The notes under the pieces were generated by a model. It was not told the DNA's origin. It did not search any database and saw only the letters and a list, made by a program, of their open reading frames with translations. A DNA stretch of 64,000 nt. It comes from Amphiscolops sp. MND2022 (lineage: Eukaryota). The translations under genes and the position numbers were made by a program. How positions within the stretch are numbered: the first letter of the stretch is position 1; each line of letters starts with the position of its first letter. The DNA lies in contig OZ076421.1 in assembly GCA_964187785.1 (NCBI GenBank), positions 49,042,001 through 49,106,000 on the forward strand, read 5' to 3'. Positions 12,501 to 23,000 of the stretch are shown in pieces.

Positions 12501-15500
12501 TTCCATTTTTCGCTGTCCTATAAACGACAACAAACTTCATGATTGACACTTGCAAATTATCTTTTTAAACTATCAAAGGGGGATTTTGTTTTAACTCGAA
12601 ATCAATTTCAAACTTGAATCGTTTTCATATTAAAATGTCTCTCAAAAAACGAAAGAACGAGAAAACCACAACAAACCTTTTACTTTGGAAGTTGGGCACA
12701 ATTCTTATTTGTTCCATGTTGCAATTCTTGTGCCTTTTGTGGGCAGCTTTGTCGCTGAAGAGACGATTATGCTCCTCGCAGTAAAACACTTTTGTGTTGG
12801 CATGTAACTTCTGCATCCTCAAGAAGTCTTTGAGAAGGACGATATCTTCTTCTTTTAATTCGGGATGATGCGATTTGAAATGCTTGTCAATCCGTTTGGC
12901 CGCCTTTTCGCAAATCAAGCACTGCGTTATTTCGTCATACTTCGCTTTCTTTTCTGTCTTTTTTGGTGTTGATGGAGGGGCAGTTTCGTTTGGCAGCAGC
13001 GAGGTAGATGGGTCTGATGGTGGTTCCAAGCCTGGTAGCGACAAAGTGGAGTCAAGTTGAGATGAGGGGGAAGCAGCTGCTGATGAGGGCTCATGCGAAT
13101 CAACATCAAGCGACAAAGAGACGACTTCTGGTGATGGTGGTAGTGTTGGTGGCGCAAAAATTCGTTGAAGACAAATTTCACAGCGGCAATCTTGGTTCTG
13201 TGGGCCGAAGTAGTCGGGACCATAATACACAAAAATTTCCTCGTCAGCTTCTATTTGCCTCAGAGTTTGGATTCTCACTATAGTCGAGTTTCGAGTTTCT
13301 CCCCCGCATGCGTATTCTGCGTTGGGTTTGCAGCAGTGATTAATGAAACTAGCTGGTCCCAACATTATTCTCTCCTTTCCGTTTGATTTCGAACCAAACA
13401 GCGAAAAATCCGGAGCATTTGCGGGAGCGTCGGCCAGATATCCGTCGATTCCTGGAATTATAACTTTTTTCGGTAGTTTCTTTCTGGCTTTCAGTGCAAA
13501 TTCGAAATTGGTGCCTGAATAACTGTCTATTTCTGTATATTTAACATACTCGAATGACTGGGCGTATGATTTGGTCATTTCTTTGTGCAGTTTTCTGGCT
13601 CTTGCGTTCGGGCTGATTATATCGTAAATATCGCAGTCAAGATTGGTGTATTTGTGCGACTTACGGAACTCAGAATCAATGAACGTTGCAGTCAAATCTG
13701 CATCATTGCACCCCAAAATAAAATCTGGTCCCAAATTGTTACTTAGATTTGCATCAGTTGGATCTGGATCCTGAGAAGTGTCTTCGTTTTCCTCACTTGT
13801 GGCTACTGCATCAGTTTGTTTTGGATCCTCGTTTTCGTCATTTGCTACTGCATGAATTCGAGCTGGCAGGACTACAGGGGAAGTTGTCTCCATATCGTCA
13901 ATTTTCGCTAGCGCGTCATTTGTAAATTGAGTTGGCGGGACACCATGCGAACTCGTCTTTTCATCGTCATTTGTTGCTTCATCGTCATTTCTTGCTTCAT
14001 CATCATTTGACGCTTCATCGTCATATGTATTTGGATCCTCGGTACTCTTCTCGTTTTCGTCATTTGCTACGGAATGAAGTTGAGTTGGGGGGACATCATG
14101 AGAACTCGTCTCTTCATCGTCAATTGTTGCTTCGTCGACATTTGTTTTTGGATCCTCGGGACTCTTCTCGTTATCTTCATTTGCCACTGGATTAACTTGC
14201 ACTGGCGGGACATCATGAGATCTTGTATCCTTATCGTCGATGATTGCTGCTTCCGCATGTTTTTCATTTTTTCCTTCAGGACCCTCTTCAATCTCATCAT
14301 TTGCTACTGTATAAAACTGGGTTGGATCATGGGAAGTCTTTTCGTTTTCGTTTGACTTTAACGTATCAGAGCAAGTAAATTTCCTCCTGTTGCGACTTTC
14401 TAACCGAGTGTTTTGAAACTCCTTGTTTTCAACGTTTTTTGTTGCTTTCAAATCTTTCCGAGTGTTATGACTTTCCAACTCAGTCTTTTTATTCTGTTTT
14501 TTTTTCCGATAGGTGCTGTAAAACCTGTGGTTGTCCTCGTTTGCCGGGTAACTCTGCCATTGACGGAAGCTTGCGACCGTAGTGTTGGCATTGCGATATA
14601 AACGGAATTGACGAGGAGTTAAAATCAGAAGCTGTTAATTAGTATGAAAAATGAAGACTGAATATATAAGCTGAATCGAGGATTTTTATAAGACTGATAT
14701 GTAGGGCAGTTTTAAACTTTATGATTTGACCAGTTGGTTGTTGTGAGCTTGAATGGAAATAATGAAGTGCAAAATGGACTGGAAGTTATTGCATTTTAGC
14801 AAATGAAAACCAAATTAACTGATGAAGAATCAAGTAAAAAATACAAAGTGCAAGTTGGATTTAATTAGTTGTTGCAAGGTAACAGATTTGTTAATGCTTC
14901 CTAAATGCAAGTCGGATTCAGTTTTTGCATCTAGTTAATTATTGTCACATGAGACTTGAAGAACATTATCTATTCACTACTTAAATGAGTCGGAAACTGG
15001 TAGACTCAATTTAGCTGATGATGAAGGTGTGAAAATGTTTGCACGTTTAACATGGTAGGTCACCTCTCACGTGACTGGGCTCTACTCTCAACTGCTTTTC
15101 ATTCAGCAAGGTCAATTGTTCATAATTTTTCAAATTAATTTATTTAACTTATAAGGATAAAAGTTGCACAACTCTTCTTCTCATAGAATATGATGAGAAT
15201 GACATAATCATCAGCAGACTTGAAGACCTGCCACGTTGAGAAGCAATCGAAGTAAACAAACGAGATATGATCTAAACACCGATTCATTTTTGCAAATGAA
15301 CAATTTTTGGAAAAATTAAGGTTTTTGCTCAACAAAAACGAGACACAAAACGGGATGAAAATCAAACATAAGGTTAGAAACTTTGCAAGTTTAATAAAGG
15401 AATCAATCTAGAATATACAAATATGAACTTTATATTGATGACATAAATATATAATACTAGCAATAAAGTTCGCTAAAACTATAGATCCAATCGCGGGTTA

Positions 15501-16996
15501 TATTCTCAAGTAAAAATTTGCTTCAGCATAAATTGACATAACAAAAGTTACATTTGCAGCTGCTATGGCATAGTGGATGAATCTCTGCCCGGCATGACTT
15601 TGACGCGAGTTCAAATCCCGTAGGCGGGTGTTTTTTAGTTTTTGAATTGGGTTTTGATTCCTAAATATATATAAATTTTAAATAGATTTTATATATAGAG
15701 TTTTTTTTTTAATATATCTTTAGATAAGTAAATCTTAAAATCACAAATCATAATTACATGAAACTAGTTTGTACATTATACTTTTAACTCTCTATATTCC
15801 AAGACAGCATCAGAGCAAATAACAAAATATGAATGCTCTTTCTACTAAACAAGTTGAATTACTTCACCAAATGATTCGAACGGAAACCTTTTTGTACCTT
15901 TGTAGCAATTCCTGAGCTACTTTTTTTTCTCATTGGTTTTACTTTGCATGAATGTTCCTAAGGATACTAAACTAGGCTAAATTCATAAAATTATCACAGT
16001 TTTGGATTGGGAGGGTTTGTTTGAAAGTTGAGTTTGCCTCAAAACAATCTAATGTGATTGACCAAACGGGTTAATAACAACAATTCGACAAAAGCCGTTG
16101 TTCCTCAAGGGGTTCAGTTGGATTGCATTAGCCGGTGGACATGTGCAAAACCGAAACTTGGGCATGTATTAACGAAGCCTTTGCTCTGTTTTTGATATTC
16201 ATTCCGTGTATAAATCTAATTAACGCAGCTGATATTCAATTGAAGAAGAATTAGAATGTTTCATTTCAACTTGTTTTCATTTGTGTATTCGCATTTTAAA
16301 GATTTTTAAGAACGTCACTAGTGGAGCTTTGAAATGGAGTTTATCGCCATGAAACCCTGCAGAGGCCACGTTCTCGTCGTGGGTTTCGTTTTTGGTGACA
16401 CTATGTGTTCACCTAACTGAGAGCCTCTTTAAAATTACAACATACTGGGATTCGTGACACAAATTTGTGAATTGTCTTCGCAAATCTCACCTATGCCCGA
16501 CAAATTATTATAAATTTGCGCCATGTTGCATGTCTTCGATCAACTTGCAGCATTTTTAATAAAGTTCGAGTTACTAAATTTTTGAAAGAAAATGAAAATT
16601 CAATCAATTGATGAAACGTGTGAAAGTAACCTAACTAAAGCACCCTTTGAAATAATCAAGCTTCCCTCGAGTGCAATAGCAAAAAAATCTTCATCAAAAT
16701 TTTTCGAAAAAATTCGGCCATCTTGCAAAATTTAGTGCAAATTGTCATGACATGCCCATGCATCTTGGTAAAAAAATATTTTTTTTCAATTTTTTTTCTC
16801 TTGATGGGGATTTTTCCTTTTTAGCACCAAACGACTAGAACAGCTTCCAGAAGCACTCACTGTAAAAATTGTCTGCAAAATGTCACGGGAAAGTTTCTTT
16901 CGTAGGCCTTCCATCTTGCATACCAACTTGCACTGGTGATTTAGCAACTTGGCCTAATTTTTATTCAAATCACCCTTGCAACTTGGCACCAATTTT

Positions 16997-17077
<81 letters not shown>

Positions 17078-20000
17078 TGGAGTTTCATTTTAAATGACTG
17101 ACAAAAAACTGAAAGATTATCTGTCTGTTCCGTTTTTTTGGTTCACCTAGTATTTGGTGAAACGAAAGAATAGAACCCACAGAATATTACTCAATCTTCA
17201 AAGTCGTAATATTTGTAAACAAGACTGATAATCAATCACTCCTCTGTTCATCATCCTCTCGTTACGTGGTCAAATCTTCAAAGAATAATCCGAACCTAAA
17301 GGAAAAGTATAGACGTCTTAGCCAGTCATTCGTTCACGCTTTTGATGTTTCTTAGTTCTTTTTGCTTCGGAGAGAAGACTTCAAATTGGATGTCTGATAA
17401 GCTGAATAGCAATGTTCTGAGTTGTTTTCAAACCTTGTTGACGACAAGTATTTGAAACTTTGAGAGCTCAAAAATTTCCATGGGTTCCGTTTTTTCATGG
17501 GTTGCCTAGTAGCATCAGACTTCTTTCTGTCCAAGGAAACATTCTAGGTGCGCTTTTTGGGGGGAAAAATCGCAGACTTTCAGTTTTTTTGTTGAGTCCC
17601 ACACAGAAAGGTGTTTTTGTTAAATTTTTTAGCAGTTGGATTGTATCGTCTTTTTAATAAGCTTTTTATTAGCTTAAAGCATCGAAAAAACCCAGAGGTC
17701 CCTTAGGTGAAATGATTTATGTGCCACAGTGCCGAAATAGTCTTACGTGGACCTTTTGGTCTCTTGTAGTTCTATAGATTAGCTAAAATGGATCAGGTAA
17801 ACAAGAACCTTAATATTTTTACTTATCTGTTGAATGATATGTGCAGAACAACTTCAATAAAAAAAATTACATTCCGCAACTTTAACAAAAAACTTCCAAA
17901 GGCACCAGCCCACTTGATGGAAGCCTTATTACACGCAATAGAGAATGAGTTGTGCAATGAGAAATACATTTTTACTTTTTTTCCTGAATGATCCAAGTTT
18001 CTTGCAATGCAGTGTAGCCTGAGAAAACAATACCCTGAGTTCTTAAGAAAACCAGGGACCGAATCGAGAAGCGACAGTAACTGTTCGTATGAGTCACCCC
18101 TAGTCTTCGAGCGACGTGGTTAAGGACTAGTGAATACTCAAGTAAGTAAAGAGAGAAAAACTCATGCTTGGATGTAACCTCTTGTAAACAAACGATTTTT
18201 TAACTGTTTAATGGAAAAATTAGTACTGAAGTCTAGTTGAAACATGATGGAAGGTTTTCATCCCTATTTGAACTTTTTGATTGTTCTCGAGATTTTAGAC
18301 AAAAAGTCTGTTTAAAACTTCAAGCCCGTGTTCAAATTCACTGTTTTTGGTGACTCAAAACAGGAAGTCCTTGAATTTCTCATTAGGACGGTGTGAATTC
18401 ACAAAGAAAAATAGTGTGAACAACGTTTGTATCTGGCTTCTGAACTGCCATCCTGAAAAATTGAAATCGTATGTTTCTGGTTAGGTTTCCACTATTTTCA
18501 CTAATATTCCAAATAAAATTTAGGCGGTGAGGTAAAACAAAAGTACCATATTTATCATTTAAACTACCTATTTTATTCACAATCTACAGTCTGTTAAGTC
18601 AAAATTGACAACAATTGTAAACTTTCTCATTAAAGTTTTACCAACACAACAGGAACAATTTCTTTCACATTGACAACAATTTGGAAACTTTTTTAACGTT
18701 TTACCAACACAACAGAAACAATTTTTTTACATTGTACGAGAAATCAACAACACGGCTAAGTCTTAATCAGCAGAAATTAGGTACAAACATCAACATACTT
18801 ACATACATCTGAGTTTCGGGAAATCAGAGCTTTCGGTTGGTATGAAAAAAGCTGAAATTCAGTCACTTGTTTTTCGTAAAACTTGATTTGAAAAATGTTG
18901 TCAATTTTGCCGTAACAGACTGTATTATTCTCATAAAATAGATATTCTTGACTTCGAGTATCAAACAACATCTTTTTAGCGGTCATTCTCAGTGACGATG
19001 AAGATGATGATGACATTGACCTGGGCGACTGCTTCGAGGTCACTCGCTATGACGTCAAAGGGGTCAATCAGAAGACAACAGGTCAAGACGAAGATGATAA
19101 TGATGATACTAGTTCAGCTGCGAGCAGTATTCTGTCTGAAGACAGCGACTCCGGTTGGAAACCATTCCCGAAATCTTTTTGAACCACCGTTTGAATTATC
19201 ATGAATGACGAAAAAAATTTAAATGTTTTAAATATGTATTTTCACAAGTTTTGATCCGAACTTATGACAAACTGATCATTCTGAAAACAAGACGCCCTCT
19301 ACGCACCGGGATATTTTCCGCCTTCAATTGGCTAACAATAGACGTCTAATCGAAAATTTACCTCCTCCGTGGTAAAACGCAATTGACTTCGGATATATTG
19401 TCAATTGTCAAAAGTTCCGGTATAGCGTGCTGGGACAAATGGGAGCGCTTGTTTTCGAACCTCTCCTTCCTTCTCCTTAGTAAAACGCAATATTAAATAT
19501 AAAGTGGAGATTTGGCAAAATTAGGAAAAGATACGCAACACAGATTATGATTTTCCACCCCCATACGCAAATAAATTCGTGGGGGCGGAAAATGAAAAAA
19601 TTCGAAGTCCTGTTTTTATGCCTTGGAAGTGTGTTGTTGGTGTAAGTGAACCCTAAATTCAACCTTCAATTTTAACTGCTGTCAATTGTTGAGGTCTTTC
19701 AAAAAACTATACTTTAGTTCGCTCCTTTCTATGAAAGCGCCTATTGAAAATGAACACCGTGGTAATCCGGATTCTAATTCTTCGAATTGATTCGTGATAA
19801 AATTGAATTGTGACAAGGTTGTTAAGGTGTTTTATTCATCAATAACACAAGAAAAAACATGAATAAACCAATTTTTAAAGTTTTTTCAGACACTTTTCAA
19901 TTGAAAAAATTCAATGAAGTGAATAACTTTCATGCTTCATATTCCTTCGGGCAATGAAATATTTGAAAACAAATGAAAAGCCGTTTTGCATAACACATTG

Positions 20001-23000
20001 TTTTCCACGGTAGTTTTCCCAAGATGAAAAAATAAATTACAAAAAAAACAATATATTTCGTTCAAAAACCAGTTCAACCCATTTTTCGTGAAAAAACTGT
20101 ATATTTAACAACCTTGAATTGTGATGGAATTCATCGAATTATTCCTGCATCTGAGTGGTTAACAAAACGAGGCTGTTGTGAAATGTTGTCTGTTCAGGTC
20201 TGTTTTTCTCCCCGTCCAAGAACCGGAAGCGGAAACTGAAGCGAGGAGGAGAAAACAAGAAACAGAAAAAGAGCGGCGGCCACTTGACAGGCACCTTAAA
20301 GCGACTCAAGCTGGACAAAATGGCCGCGTCATCAGCAGCCACAGCAGAGCAGACTAATTTGGGGCGCAAATGTACTCTGTCCACACTTCTGGGCCACAGC
20401 AATCACAGGTGAGAAAGAAAAGATTGATTTTCCATTCCTTTCGATTTTCCACTCTTTTCAGAATTTTTACAAGAGAATGAGTCATTATGAAAGGGCCTCG
20501 CTTTCCTTCTATTTCTTTTGGTGCAAGAATTTTCGGCCTGTTAGACACTAATTTTATTACTATTTTTAAAGGTTTCTTCAAAATAATGCGAGTTATCATA
20601 AATATGATAAACGAAAAAGTGGCAACGTTGATGGGTTTCCGATACCTAGGGGATAGTGTGCCAGTCTCAACGGATCCTTACCTCGGAAACTCAGATTGAT
20701 TTTTTGAGACTATTCCTCCAAAAGAGAGAAGAAAACAGCTAATGGCTTGCATGGTTTCCTATGGATGGGGCCTTAGCTTGGTGGTTTCTGAACGCTCTAA
20801 ACGAAACAAAGGCTTTCCACTTCAAACAAAACTTCACCTAGGAGTTCAGATTAGAAAGTAACAATGATTGAAATTTTTCCTCAAATTCAGACAGACAGTG
20901 AACTATTAGTTCTACGTAATTTTTTCTCTTCGTCTTCAGTATAATTTTGTGGTTGTTCAATGTTCGCCCCAACCGGGGCTATAAAGCCACGAGTTTTAAT
21001 CGAAATTGAGAAATAAAGGAAAACACTAATTCCAAGAATGGTGAAAAACCGAGGGATGTCAGTTGAAGGATGCGTAAACCCACATGGGGTCCTTCGTACT
21101 AAAATTCTTGAGCATCAATCAACAAGACAACCCATGGTTTCTTCAACATTATCCAAGTCGTTTTTATCTGGAAACAAGATTCCAAAATACGTTTCATATA
21201 ATTTTTCAACTGTTTATGCACAATCAACACAGGCTCAACAGAGGTTCACGCGCCGTGAAATGGTGTGATCGCGTGAATTATTTACCAATCAGCGTATCTC
21301 CAAGATAAAAGCGTGAAATAACTCGGTTTTTGTTCAAAATCTCGTGAAATTGAGCTAAAAGTACCAAATGTAATCAATAAAAATTCTCACTGAGGAGTGT
21401 CAGAATTTGTATTTTGAAACTCATTTGAGACAAGACGCCCGCTAAGCACCGGGATTTTTTCCGCTAAAAATGTAACGCATCAGCCCGGGTTCGAACCCAC
21501 GACCTCGTGTCTGCCAGGCAGACGCACTACCAACTGCCCCATGGTGGAGATTTGGCAAGTGGAGAAATAAAGTGAGTTCAAGTAGTAGTAGAGTTCAAGT
21601 ATCTATATAAAAGTCAAGTAGTGGATGGAGATCGTGGATATTTGGCAGAATTTGGAAAAAAACGCAACACAGATCATGATTTTCCTCCCCAATTGTTATT
21701 CTTGGTGCATGCCAGCCAGTGCCAAACTTTAGTATTGTCTAAATTTGGCAGAAAAGAATGAAATTGTACTGAAATCAGCGGGACAGTGAATTTTTCATCC
21801 AGCGTGATTTTCGGGGAGCCTGATGATCACAGTAATTCATACCAATTAAGGCATCGGAATTTTGTCAGCGTTTTTGTTTGAAAGAATGTTTTGGAACTTT
21901 CCATGTGAGTCCTATTAAATCTTGAAAATCTGCTTGCTATTTTTGTTTTTATTAAGTTTCGAGAACGTTTGCGCAAAAACTGCCTCGCGAATTTCAAATT
22001 TTTAAAAACAGACCTGAGAAATAATGTTCATGCATTCCGAGTTTAATCCTTCGTTCACAAAATTGATAATTTTGTCAAAAATTTGTTTATTTTTTTCGGA
22101 GGAGATTAAAACAAAATAGTTCTAGCTTTTGTTTGTTGACAGTAGTAGCAGTTCAAATGAAGAAAATGCCGACCAAAGATGCAATAAATCTTCCTCTCCT
22201 TCCAAACTGAAGACTTCCTCCTCAAGGACCCTGGAAGTGCAAAACATAGGACCCCTGGTGCCCCCACCCGACTGTCCTCCCGAGTCTTTTCCCAACGAGG
22301 TGTCCCTCTTGAAAGGTCAGGAACCCCCTCCCCCTTACCTGATATAATTTAGTACTACAGTCAAACTCGGATAACAGAAACTCAAAGGGCGGTAAGAGTT
22401 TCTTTTATCCATAGTTTCTTTTATCAGTTGTCCTGTTGACGTCTATGAACATAGAAAATTTGTCTCGCATGAAAGCAGAGGAGTGAAAAGGTTTTTTATA
22501 TCCACGTGTTTCTTTTATCCGAGTTCGACTGTAATAATTTATTTTGTCTGGTATCTACTAAATAGATTATCTTGGATAAACTACAAAGGCGTCACAATGT
22601 ACCAGAAAAGACTTTCATATGCGTAATGTCCGATTAACGAGAGCCTTGAATTAGGTTTCAGAATGAGGAGTGTTGCTGATAAAATATACAAAACCGGGAA
22701 ATTACATTTAATTAACTGTTTGGAAAACAGTATCGTCGCGGTGTTTTAGTGGCATTTCGTCGGAGCACATTCGACGCTCATACCATGAAGGCCCAAGAAG
22801 ATCTTTTCATATCTGAAAGTCATTCATTTTCTCTTCCACTGTTTCAGCATAAAATAAATATGAATAATATCCGGTTGAAACTGGACCGGCCGGATGTTTG
22901 TTTTGTTGATGTAATTTAAGTTGTTTCCGATAGAATTTCCATTTCAGCCTTTGTTTTTTTTGACATTCGTAGGCTGGTATACTTATAAAAGTGTTCTTAC

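Larger units (their letters stand above)
6591..16997 (-). mobile_element. Putative ~10.4-kb Crypton-like SET-YR element between two (AAT)n tracts
   Basis: Imperfect terminal inverted repeats ATAAAAATCAGGGCCAAGTTGCA / TGCAACTTGGCACCAATTTTTAT abut the microsatellites; CAAGTTGCA-type subterminal repeats cluster at both ends; the segment contains the SET-YR gene. The boundaries are inferred. Confidence 0.5.

Noticed and set aside
10473-14591. DIRS/Ngaro retrotransposon, or bacterial integrase/prophage contamination
   Set aside because: No RT/RNase H linked to either YR (the nearby RT belongs to a separate LINE); spliceosomal introns and eukaryotic SET/SANT domains argue against a bacterial origin.
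16869-17093. Poly-Ile ORF here and poly-Tyr ORF at 6421-6612
   Set aside because: Translations of the (AAT)n microsatellites.
18014-18114. Extra UBXN7-like exon (CSLRKQYPEF...)
   Set aside because: Its entry phase is incompatible with the phase-1 donor at 1993, and the 1993->18980 join works without it.
18777-19043. CACTA/EnSpm transposase fragment (YGKIDNIFQI)
   Set aside because: Single weak motif, no TIRs, and the ORF is partly antisense to a UBXN7-like exon.
21477-21549. Functional tRNA gene
   Set aside because: The acceptor stem and canonical anticodon arm do not pair; kept only as tRNA-derived.
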